DNA of 55,636 bases from Octopus sinensis. Taxonomy: Eukaryota. Positions 12,924-24,103 of the stretch are shown here, piece after piece (position 1 is the stretch's first letter; the number at the start of each line of letters is the position of its first letter). Where the stretch lies: the NCBI RefSeq assembly GCF_006345805.1, contig NW_021831924.1:1-55636 (forward strand), written 5' to 3'. The notes beneath the pieces are model-generated. The model searched no databases and was not told the origin of the DNA. It saw nothing but the letters and a program-made list of their open reading frames with translations. The translations under genes were made by a program, and so were the position numbers.

Positions 12924-13210
12924 ATGTTGATTTTTACGTGTGTGATTTGTAGGAGGAAACGCTTGAGTCATGCAAGCCTGGTCAGCCATCAGAGAGGTCA
13001 TCTGAATGAACCCCTTGTAAATTGTGATACGGCTATTGTTCATAGCAGAACTTGGGCAACCTGTGGAAAGGTGTGCCTTTCAGCTTGGAGGATTGAAAAA
13101 GGTATATCAAAAGACTTCATACTGTGACACCTGTTCTTTCTGCCAGCCAGCACAACTGTGTATTATGCAATAAAATATGCAAATGCGTGATGATGATGAT
13201 GATGATGAAG
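12924..13210 (+). mobile_element. Probable RTE-like LINE 3' end with degenerate C2H2-like motifs and (GAT)n tail
   Basis: FTCVICRRKRLSHASLVSHQRGH...ATCGKVCLS resembles the RTE C-terminal CxxCxRxxxSxxGLxSHxRxH pattern. Confidence 0.45.
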
Positions 13211-13604
13211 CATGTCTCATGCGGCCTGCTTCTCTATAGAGGTAGCCTATGCTCATAGAAAGAGATGGTCACATTCGGAATGCTTATTCCATAAGGACTT
13301 GACGTAACCATCCCATTTTTTCCCAAGGTGAAAAATCACATTATCTAACGACGTTACTTTTGTTGCTTTTGTAATGACGGTTGGATGTTATTTGAGGGCG
13401 ATTTGGCTGTTATTTCTAGCAGCTCGAACCGGGAAGAGTCTTGTGGACAGTTGGGGGTTGTTTAGGCATACATCAACCTTGACCGAGAGGATTTTTGATC
13501 AAAGACAATCCAATCCATCCTTGACCATCTTATGTTTCTCTTGCTCCGGCTGTCATGTATCTAGTAAATACTCAATTATCCAGCCAACCATGAGAGCCAC
13601 CACT

Positions 13605-14125
13605 ACCAAAACCACCACCACCACCACCATCATCACCATTACCACCACCACCACCACCACCACCACCGTCACCACCACCACCATCTCCAACCTCACCACC
13701 ACCACCACCACTAGATCACGCCCCACCACCACCACTAGAATCACGCCACCACCACCACCACACCACCACCACACCACCACCACCACCACTAAATCATCGC
13801 CACCACCACCACCACCACTAGAATCATCGCCACCACCACCACCACCACTAGAATCATCGCCACCACCACCACCACCACTAGAATCATCGCCACCACCACC
13901 ACCACCACTAGAATCATCGCCACCACCACCACCACTACCACCACCACCACCACCACCACTAGAATCATCGCCACCACCGCCACCACCATTACTACCACCA
14001 CGATTACCATCCACGCCACTATTACACCAATAAAACTATCACACCATCAAAACAACTTTCACAACTACCATCACCAGCATCACCACCGCCACGGCCGCAA
14101 CCACACCCACCACCACCACCACCAC
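13605..14125. repeat. (CAC)n-rich tract containing a 30-bp minisatellite
   Basis: CACCACCACCACCACCACTAGAATCATCGC perfect x4 at 13801-13920, plus variant flanking units. Confidence 0.9.
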
Positions 14126-14656
14126 AACCATTAGATTAGTCATTAACTTTGATGAATATTTCCCTCCTTCCCCTGCCCTGCCCTCCACCTCCCACACCAA
14201 AAAGACCAACATGTCAACAACAACCAGTTGGAATTATGAAAGGAAAATTAAAATATCAAGAACGGGAGAGGGGGAGGGATGGGGGACAATGTGGCGGTGC
14301 GGTGGTAGTAGGGATGTTTGTTGCGGTGGTAGTAGTGGTGGTCGTGGTTATAATGATGTTTGTTGTGGTAGCGGCGTAATGGTAGCGGTGGTAGTATATA
14401 TGCTGGTACAATAATTGCAATTTGTGAGTATGCTAGTGTTATTGTTGTAGTAGGAAATGTTGTTGTGGCGCTAGTGGTAGCGTGTATGGTGGGTGGTTGT
14501 GGTTTGTGAGCATGGTGACAGCTGGAGTGGTAGCGATGGCTGCTGTCGTCGTAGTGGTGGTCTTTATGGTGTTGCTGTGGTTGTTGCTGGTGGTTTTACT
14601 AATGATTATTATGGTGGTGGTGGTCGTTGTTGTAGTTGTGGAAGTTGCGCTAGAGA

Positions 14657-15440
14657 TGTGTGTATGTATGTATGTATGTATGTATGTATGTATGCATGTA
14701 TGTATGTATGTATGTATGTATGTATGTATGTATGTATGTATGCATGTACGCATGTATGTATGTATGTATGTATGTATGTATGTATGCATGTATGTATGTA
14801 TGTATGTATGTATGTATGCATGTATGTATGTATGTATATGTATGTATGTGTGTGTATGTATGTATGTATGCATGTATGTATGTATGTATGCATGTATGTA
14901 TGTATGTATGTGTGTGTGTGTATGTATGTATGTATGCATGTATGTATATATGCATGTATGTATGTATGTATGTGTGTGTATGTATGTATGTATGCATGTA
15001 TGTATGTATGTATGCATGTATGTATGTATGTATGTGTGTGCATGTATGTATGTATGTATGTATGTATGTATGTATGCATGTACGCATGTATGTATGTATG
15101 TAGTATGTATTATGTATGCATGTATGTATGTATGTATGTATGTATGTATGTGTGTGTATTATGTATTATGCATGTATGTAGTATGTAGCATGTATTATGT
15201 ATGTATGTAGTATGTATGTATGTATGTATGTATGTATGCATGTACGCATGTATGTATGTATGCATGTATGTATAGTATGCATGTATGTATGTTATGTATG
15301 TATGTATGTATGCATGTTGATGTATGTATGTATGTATGCATGTATGCCATATATGTATGTATGCATATGCATGTATGTATGTATGTATATATATGTGTGT
15401 GCAAGTGTTCATGTATGTATGTATGTGTGTATGTGTGCGT
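14657..15440. repeat. Long imperfect (TATG)n microsatellite
   Basis: About 780 bp, direct reading. Confidence 0.95.
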
Positions 15441-15981
15441 ATATGTAGGTGTGTGGTGGGAGAGAGTAGTTGGAAGAGGGGAGAAAAACAGCGTTAATTG
15501 AAGTGGGTTGAAGGTGTGTGTGTGTGTTGGGGGGAGGAGTTTGTCGAAAACTTAGAAATAATAAATATACATTGCAGCGTGCGCGCACATATACAGATGC
15601 ACACATACACACACACATATACATCCACAAAAATACTCGTACACAAAATGAACATATACACATGTGTATGTGTGTGCGTGTGTATATATGTAAATGCATG
15701 TGTGTGTATTATGTGCATGCTATGTATGCGTGTGTCAGTGTCTAATCATGCATATATTTGTGTACATACATTCATAAATACACACACACACACACACACA
15801 CACTTTCAAAAACACTCATACACACACACGTACATACAATTATATATATGTATACATGTATATATACATACACGCAAATATATTTAGATGCATACACACG
15901 GGCGCGAGTGTTTGTGAGTATAAATTTTCTGCATTGTTAGAAACTTTCCTTATTTCTCGTTTCATTCACTTCCCCCCACAC

Positions 15982-16197
15982 AGGCGCAGGGATGACTGCG
16001 TGGTAAATAGCTTGCTTACCAGTCACGTGGTTCCGGGTTCAATTCCACTGCGTGGCACCTTGGGCAAGTGTCTTCTACTATAGGCGCGGGCCGACCAAAG
16101 CCTAGAGAGGGGATTTGGTCGACGGAAACTATGTGTGTGTGTTGTTTTGTGTGTGTATTTGTTTATGTGTGTGCATATATATATATATATATATATC

Positions 16198-16236
<39 letters not shown>

Positions 16237-16451
16237 TAATATATATATAACTCTTGTGTGTGTTTGTGTTTGTCCCCCAACCATCGCTTGACAACCGACG
16301 ATGGTGTGTTTACGTCCCCGTACATTAGCGGTTCGGCAAAAGAGACCGATAGAATAAGTACTAGCCTTACAAAGAATAAGTCCGGGGTTTAATTTGCTCG
16401 ACTAAAGGCGGTGCTCCAGCAAATGACTGAAACCAGTAAAAGAATAAAAGA
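15982..16451 (+). mobile_element. OK-like SINE
   Basis: Head AGGCGCAGGGATGACTGCGTGGTAAATAGC through tail AAATGACTGAAACCAGTAAAAGA. Confidence 0.85.
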
Positions 16452-16480
16452 ACAAACGCAAACACACACACACACACACA

Positions 16481-16512
<32 letters not shown>

Positions 16513-17026
16513 GATATATGTGTACAAAACCATGCATATGCGTAAGCGTATGTACGTATGCGTATGAAACATGCATAGATGGAGACACATAAATACCTAC
16601 ACGTATACATACTTACAAATATATGCTCACATACCAGTAACTGTATTTCACTGACTGTCACTGTCTCTTTCTCTCTGTGTGTCCGTGTCCGTGTGTGTGT
16701 GTGTCCGTGCATATATATATATATATATATAACCAATAATAAATCTCTGAACGAGATATAAACAGTAGCTGAACGACAATGTGAGGTATATTTGCCACTA
16801 AGGGTGGATGCTGCTGTAGCTTGTAGCCCCAGGAGAACATCTTCTCCAGCTGGCTATTGACACACTTTCTGTGCCCTATCAGTATTTGCAAAGGGAAGCC
16901 ATCCTTCCCATCATCGACCTGACATGATAGGCATGGACCCGGGTTTCTGGATATTTACCCGTCGTCAGCGCACGACAATCACCAGTCTTCGATGCGAAGG
17001 GGTCCCAATGCAAATACATACATACA

Positions 17027-17074
<48 letters not shown>

Positions 17075-17207
17075 TTGGAGATAGCTTTCGTCATAAGCTG
17101 CTGATTGTCTCAATGTAAGGACGAATAACATTCAGAAACCTAGGTCTGTGAGTATCCCGTAAGGCTCGAGATGGAATCGATGACCTCCATTGCAAATGCT
17201 GTATACC

Positions 17208-17417
17208 TATTTCTTTACTATCCACAAGGGGCTAAACACAGAGGGGACAAACAACGACAGACAAACGGATTAAGTCGATTAAATCGGCCCCAGTGCGTAA
17301 CAGGTACTTATTTAATCGACCCCGAAAGGATGAAAGGTAAAGTCGACCTCGGCGGAATTTGAACTCAGACGTAGCATTTCGCCCGGCGTACTAACGTTTC
17401 TGCCAGCTTGCCGCCTT
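17208..17417 (-). mobile_element. CORE-type tRNA-derived SINE (OR2-like)
   Basis: Reverse complement of AAGGCGGCAAGCTGGCAGAAACGTTAG...TGAGTTCAAATTCCGCCGAGGTCGAC...GGGGTCGATTAAATAAGTACC...CCCTTGTGG. Confidence 0.8.
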
Positions 17418-17491
17418 CAAATGCTGTAGCTAGCTGGAAAAGATGTTTTTCTGGGGCTAAAACAACCGTAACATCGTCCTTTATAAGACTG

Positions 17492-17575
<84 letters not shown>

Positions 17576-17594
17576 TCTTTTTTCTTTTTTTTCT

Positions 17595-17908
17595 TTTTTA
17601 CTTGTTTCAGTCATTTGACTGCGGCCATGCTGGAGCACCGCCTTTAATCGAGCAAATCGACCCAGGGACTTATTCTTTGTAAGCCCAGTACTTATTCTAT
17701 CGGTCTCTTTTTGCCGAACCGCTGAGTAACGGGGACATAAACACACCAGCATCGGTTGTCAAGCAATGCTAGGGGAACAAGCACAGACACACACATATAT
17801 ATACATATATCCGACAGGCTTCTTTCAGTTTCCGTCTACCAAATCCACTCACAAGGCATTGGTCGGCCCGAGGCTATAGCAGAAGACACTTGCCCAAGAT
17901 GCCACGCA
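17595..17908 (-). mobile_element. 5'-truncated OK-like SINE
   Basis: Matches the family from the tail to GATGCCACGCA, then ends in a fold-back. Confidence 0.85.
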
Positions 17909-18433
17909 TCTTGGGCAAATATATATACCTATATATATTTATTTATTTGTACACACATACATACATATGTTCATGCGTATATATGTGGAAAGAAATTCAT
18001 GCTCATATACATGTATTAACGCACACATGGACATACATGAAATTTGCTGTGAGATTTTATAAAAGTTTTGATAGAATGTGTGATTTAAAAATGCAATCTC
18101 AGATAAATTTTAGATACAATCATAAAAGAATGCGCTCACATCTCCGCTGGAGTTTATCTTATGGAGTACAATGTCCAAGAAAGTGGATACCAAGTTGCGT
18201 GTAGTTGAAAAACAATAATTTAACTTTTCATTATCTATGTTAATAATTATACATTACTCTATGAGGGTTCGGTGTTTTCGAGCTTTACTCTTTTTCTGGA
18301 AATAATTTGTGATTCTCTTCTCAAAGAATTTTCCATTAAGAATTTGATCTCTTTCCTTCAGATAATTCGTCCCATGACTTAGATTAGTAGTCCCCTAAAC
18401 CTCTTCACTACCAAGAAACCGTTTTATCTAGAT

Positions 18434-18917
18434 CAACGTTTCCCAGCCTATTTTCCCTCGGGTCCCCTCTATAACTTTCCAGAAAAATGTATGCCCCACC
18501 GGTTGGAAAAAAACTTCTTTTTTAATATTTTATCACAGCTATTTAATACAAAAGAATCTACCGCTAACTCTTTTATTAAGTACTGAGTACAAAAAATGTA
18601 CAGTATTGACTTAGAAAGAAAAAAACCCAAACAGAATCACTTTAATGTGTACCTTGTACATGGTGACTACGGCAGATTTCCTTGATTCGAGCAACTAATT
18701 TTGTTAGCTTCAGCCGCAGCATTAGAACAGTGCTTTACTGTAGCAGTCTTCATACAGTATGCTTAACTGGAGGGGTTGGTTTGGCGAGGGTGAGTATAGG
18801 TGGAGTGTGTTTGCTGTGAAATAAAATTTTCACAATTCCATGTACCACTAAAAATTAAAAAGAAATTTTAGCTCCCACGCTACACCATAATTCTTATGTC
18901 CTACGTTGGGAACACTG
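18434..18917. mobile_element. hAT-type MITE (484 bp)
   Basis: Degenerate TIRs CAACGTTTCCCAGC / CGTTGGGAACACTG; 8-bp TSD ATCTAGAT (18426-18433) / ATCAAGAT (18918-18925), the NTCTAGAN preference of Charlie-like hATs. Confidence 0.7.
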
Positions 18918-19174
18918 ATCAAGATGAACACTGAACACGAATCCCAGGAATAGATCGGCCATCTTAGTTACTGTACAGAACGGCCAATCCCCACGTTTCA
19001 ACTCTTCTTTCGAACCCCTTTTCTCTCCGTGAAAAGGTAACATCTTGGCTCCCATTCAAGACAAAAGCTTCACCACTAAGCAGAAGTGATTAAGATGTCA
19101 GAAGACCTTTATCTTGACTAAGCAGGTCATCAACTGAGGGATGCGCAAGACACAGGACGTCTTGCATATTTTAC

Positions 19175-19791
19175 CTTTTATTTGTTTCAGTTATTTGACT
19201 GCGGCCATGCTGGTGCACCGCATTGAAGATTTTAGTCGAACAAATCGACCCCAGGACTTACTTTTTTTTTTTGAAAAGCTTGGTATTTATTCTTCCAGTC
19301 TCTTTTGCTGAAATGCTATGTTACAGGGACCTAAACAAACCATCACAATTGCCAAGCAGTGATGGAGGATAAGCACATACACACACCTGTGTGTGTGTGT
19401 ATATATATGTATACACACACACATGCACACACAACACACGCACACACACACGCACGAACGCGCGCACACACACACACACACACGCACACACTCACACACA
19501 CACATGACAGTTTTCTTTCATTTTCCGTTTAGCAAATCCACTCACATGGAAATCCACTCACATGGAAATCCACTCACATGGAAATCCACTCACATGGAAA
19601 TCCACTCACATGGAAATCCACTCACATGGAAATCCACTCACATGGAAATCCACTCACATGGAAATCCACTCACATGGCTTTGGTTGGCACGAGAGTTCAG
19701 TAGAAGACACTTGCCCCATGGGCCACGCAGTGAAATTGAACCCGGAACCTTGTAATTGGGATGCAAACTTCTTACCACACAAGCACGCCTG
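19175..19791 (-). mobile_element. Diverged OK-like SINE carrying an internal 16-bp tandem expansion
   Basis: Tail at 19175-19380, head ending near 19791. Confidence 0.8.
19534..19677. repeat. Perfect minisatellite (AAATCCACTCACATGG)x9
   Basis: 144 bp, nine identical units, no spacers. Confidence 0.95.
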
Positions 19792-20384
19792 CAGTAACAC
19801 ACCAACATCGAAACTAATAAATCAATTAGATGAACCAAAAGTGAGTCCCTCCACACTGAAATAGAACTTTCACATGGATACACCCAATACAATGTAACCA
19901 ACAACAAAGTCCTCTAACGCTTGACCATCCAGTGCATTCTGAACATGCGTAGTTATTTGGTTTAATCATGTGAGTCTGGTCACTGGATGTAGTCCGACTC
20001 TTTGAAACGGAATGAGCTCTCTGTATGGCCTTTCATTTTTGGTAGCAAATATTTCCTATCAGCTAAGCCTAAAATCTGTTTTCAGTACATATTTGCACTA
20101 TAATGTTCGTGGTGCCATACTGGTCCTCAGCTGTGAAGTTATGTAAGTGCGGAGAGCTTCGTACGTTGGCATAATACATATGTCCTTTTCTGTTTTGATT
20201 ATTTAAATTCGTCACAAACACGCATATCATTCATGCATACATACATGCATAGTAATATGTATATATATAATATATATATATAATATATATATAATATAAA
20301 TATAATATATATATATATATATATATAATATATGTATATTGTATATGTATATATATATATATTTATATATATATATATATATAA

Positions 20385-20423
<39 letters not shown>

Positions 20424-20574
20424 TAATATAATATATATATATAACAATATAGATATATGTATAATGTATAATATATAATATTATATATATTATAATGTAT
20501 ATATATATATATATATTATTATATATATATATATATATATATCAAATAAAAACTTACTTGGAGAAGAGAAATAA

Positions 20575-20688
20575 CGCGTGCGTTCGGTCATATAATAATA
20601 TATAAATAAATAAAAATTTGCATATATGCATACATATATCCATACTTACATCTACATGTATATATACATGCATATATATAGATATTAT

Positions 20689-20732
<44 letters not shown>

Positions 20733-21274
20733 TACAGGACACCACAAATAAACGTAGAACACAACGAGAGACGAAAACTAAAATCAAACAGGAAACGGAC
20801 TTTTTTTTAACAATGAAAAACAGAGTACAGGACAAACAATACAAGAAAATTCCCCTTCATCAGCTGCCCCTGGTTCGACTCAATGCGTGTTTCGAAGGTA
20901 AGGGCAGAACACGGCCAGGCAGAAGCAGTCCTTTCTGCAAAAGGAATTAAATAAAATTCTTTTGCAGAGGGGTAAAACAAGTGACAAAAACAGAACGTAA
21001 AAGCAATACAATGAAGTTTTCCACCGTCTAGGCAAAAAAAGCCCTTATTGTTGGTTCCCTGCCCTGTTTCTTTATTTGTACTGTTTTTTTCTACTGTTTT
21101 TTCTTCATTGTATTGCTTTTACGTCCTGTTTTTGTCACTTGTTTTACCCCTCTGCAAAAGAATTTTATTTAATTCCTTTTGCAGAAAGGACTGCTTCGGC
21201 CTGGCCGTGTTCTGCCCTTACCTTCGAAACACGCATTGAGTCGACCTAGGGGCAGCTGATGAAGGGGAATTTTC
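20575..21274. mobile_element. Unclassified repeat with ~172-bp inverted arms (20845-21016 / 21103-21274), PLE inverted-pLTR-like
   Basis: Arms are reverse complements with only about 4 differences; 86-bp spacer; homologous to 11660-12260. Confidence 0.65.
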
Positions 21275-22025
21275 CTTGCCCAAGATGCGGTCAGAGCGAC
21301 GAAACCGTTCTGCACGCACTCGTGCAGTGTCCAACCATTTCAGACCTGTGGGCTTATGTCGGGCGGCTGCTGTCGCGTGTGGGAGGAGTCCACCTGTCGG
21401 CCGAGTCTGTCGTAAAAATTGCTTCGCCCCTTCCCTCAACCGGAAGGCAAGGCAGTTTTCATCGTACTGGTGACCATATGGTGAAATAATGTGTGTGGTG
21501 GACCCGAGCGAAAGGATTAGAGACAAACACTTAACCTCTCTCTGGCCAATCGCTCATCAACTTTGTCAAGTACCACTTGAAAAGGAAGGTGAGAATGGAG
21601 AGGATGTTTTGTCTCGCGAAAGATTCAAAAAAATATGGGTTAATGTTGCAAAGATGGTGCGTGCTCAGTGGCGGAAACCATTTTGAGCTGATCCTGTAGA
21701 TCGTAAAAAAGAAAGAAGAGAGCATTTTGATCTCATGTGGTTATTGGTTTTCCTGTCCCTCCCTGACTGAGGTTCCCTTGGTCTGTTCTGTAGGCTTTTC
21801 TTCCTCACGGATGAACCCAATCTTGTTATATCAATGTTGTTTAATCATTCTATTCTGTGATACAACGATTTGCTTTTTTTTTTTGTTGTCTTTTTTTTTT
21901 CCTCCTCTCGATCCCTTTTGAGCGCACTCTTACATTTATTTTCTTTTTTTCCACCCTCGAAAGAAAAGCTCTGCATTTGTATTTGTCCTCTCTGTATTCA
22001 GCCCTGTGTGGCTAATAAAAGAAAG
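21275..22025 (+). mobile_element. Tx1/L1-clade LINE 3' fragment (ORF2 zinc knuckle plus 3' UTR)
   Basis: CPRCGQSDETVLHALVQCPTISDLWAYV fits the CxxC...ETxxH...C motif; AATAAA near 22013 followed by (TCTA)n. Confidence 0.75.
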
Positions 22026-22100
<75 letters not shown>

Positions 22101-22139
22101 ATCTATCTATCGATCTATCTACTCATCTCTCATCTATCT

Positions 22140-22220
22140 ATCTTTTTTTTATCCCCAAAAGAAAAGCTCTACCTTGTAATGTTTATCTGTGTGCAGCCCT
22201 GTGTGGCTAATAAAGAAACA

Positions 22221-22225
<5 letters not shown>
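22140..22225 (+). mobile_element. Second, very short 3' end of the same Tx1-like family
   Basis: AAAGAAAAGCTCT...CAGCCCTGTGTGGCTAATAAAGAAA repeats 21960-22022 and is again followed by (TCTA)n. Confidence 0.7.
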
Positions 22226-22317
<92 letters not shown>

Positions 22318-22956
22318 GTCTATCTCACTCTGTATCTATCAAAGGTTTCAACGGAATATAGTGAGGGATGATCTAGTGCACAAAAAAAAAAAAAAAAGGT
22401 AATGTCTTCGGATGTCTATGATCTAAGCATTTTTGCAGATTACGTTTCTGCAAAAAATACTGCTTGGAAGAGAATTTTTAACCCTCTTCCTTTTCCATTA
22501 TTTTTCACTTTTGATTGTCTTCGGAAATATTTTCTGATTTGTACTTTAAATGCCAGAGATTATGATTCATCAAGAATATGTTTAACGTTATGAAACGAAG
22601 ATGTTAAAAACTTTGGAAAACGTCAAACCGAAAAAGTACAGAAGAACAGGGGTAAAAAATCCTGTCATGCCACAAATTTTATTTTTCCAGAATTGTAATC
22701 TAGGATGCTTAAACAAGCACATCTGAAGAAATTACAGTTTTTGCTGCACGAGCCATATACCAACTTACCGAACGCCATTTATATTACATCCTATAAAACA
22801 TATATTCATATATACATAAATACATACATACATACACTCACACACACACATATGTATGTTTGCATGTATATACATATATGCATGGATACAAGTGTGTGTG
22901 TGTGTGTGTATATATATCTGTATCTATCTATATATATATACACACAGACATATATA

Positions 22957-23002
<46 letters not shown>

Positions 23003-23055
23003 TTTACAAATATATCTACTATCTATATATATATAGATAGACATGTCTGTGTATG

Positions 23056-23088
<33 letters not shown>

Positions 23089-23184
23089 ATATACACACAT
23101 ACATATGTATATGTATGTATGCATGTATACATTCATACATACATACATATATATATGTGTGGTGGGGTACATATATCTTTTATC

Positions 23185-23531
23185 CTTTATTTGTTTCAGT
23201 CATTAGGCTGTGGTCATGCCGGAGCGCGGTCTTGAAGAAATTGTAATCGAATGAATCGATCCCTTTACTTAATGTTTTTAAAAACTGGCACTTAGTTTAG
23301 CCGTCTCTTTTGCCGAGAACACAAACACATACATACACTCACACACATTTGCGACAGGATTCTTTCAGTTTCCGTTTTCCAAATTTCCTCACAAGCTTTT
23401 GGTTGACCCGAGGCTGCAGTAGAAAACACTTGCCTAGAGGCCTCGCAATGGGACTGAACTGTGTAGAGACAATTTGCTTACCAGCCACAGGCTGGTAAGC
23501 AAATTGTCTCTACACAGCTACGACTGCGCCT
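23185..23531 (-). mobile_element. Diverged OK-like SINE with an internal 28-bp palindrome
   Basis: Family tail and head recognisable. Confidence 0.75.
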
Positions 23532-23689
23532 ATTTATACACACGCGCGCGCACATACATGCACGCAAATATATTTGTATCACTATATCTACCAGAATCTC
23601 GGATGTTATTATACAAGCTTGGTCACAATGCACTGTCTGTCATTGCTATAACTTTCAGATGACGTTACGCCATTGGCGTGACAGGCAGG

Positions 23690-23843
23690 CTGTGGCATTC
23701 ACACTAAATGGGACGGTAATTCACTGGAGCAACTTGAAATTAAATGCCTTGTTCAAGAACACGATGCACCGCCTGATCTGGGAATCAAGACCACGATCAT
23801 GCGATCGTAACAGCAAATCCTAACACTCAGCCACGCGCCTTCA
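23690..23843 (-). mobile_element. Old tRNA-derived (CORE-like) SINE fragment
   Basis: GAGCAACTTGAAATTAAATGCCTTGTTCAAGAACAC...GGGAATCAAGACCACG...CAGCCACGCGCCT, the reverse complement of a tRNA-like head plus a CTTG(A)ACAAG core. Confidence 0.5.
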
Positions 23844-23844
23844 C

Positions 23845-23898
<54 letters not shown>

Positions 23899-23961
23899 AT
23901 ATATGTATTAATATGTATATCTATATCTATCTATATCTATATATATATATGTATTAATATG

Positions 23962-24018
<57 letters not shown>

Positions 24019-24103
24019 CTATATATATATATGTATGGGTATTATGAATGTGTGTAGTGTTGTGAGAATGTCTTATACTATTGTTTCTACTATCCAATAT
24101 TCA

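Noticed and set aside
13374-14033. 219-aa Thr/Pro-rich ORF (mucin/extensin-like)
   Set aside because: The length comes from (CAC)n repeats; the N-terminal part overlaps repeat fragments; there is no other support.
19534-19677. CRISPR-like regular repeat
   Set aside because: Units are head-to-tail with no spacers, derive from a SINE motif, and the DNA is eukaryotic.
19800-20190. Non-repetitive stretch as an exon or transposase
   Set aside because: The frames examined are interrupted by stops and no motif was recognised.
21226-21262. Canonical type II hammerhead using GUC at 21240-21242
   Set aside because: The segment between GUC and CUGAUGA cannot form a helix I hairpin (G opposite G) and helix III is only 2 bp; an alternative pairing is reported as a finding.
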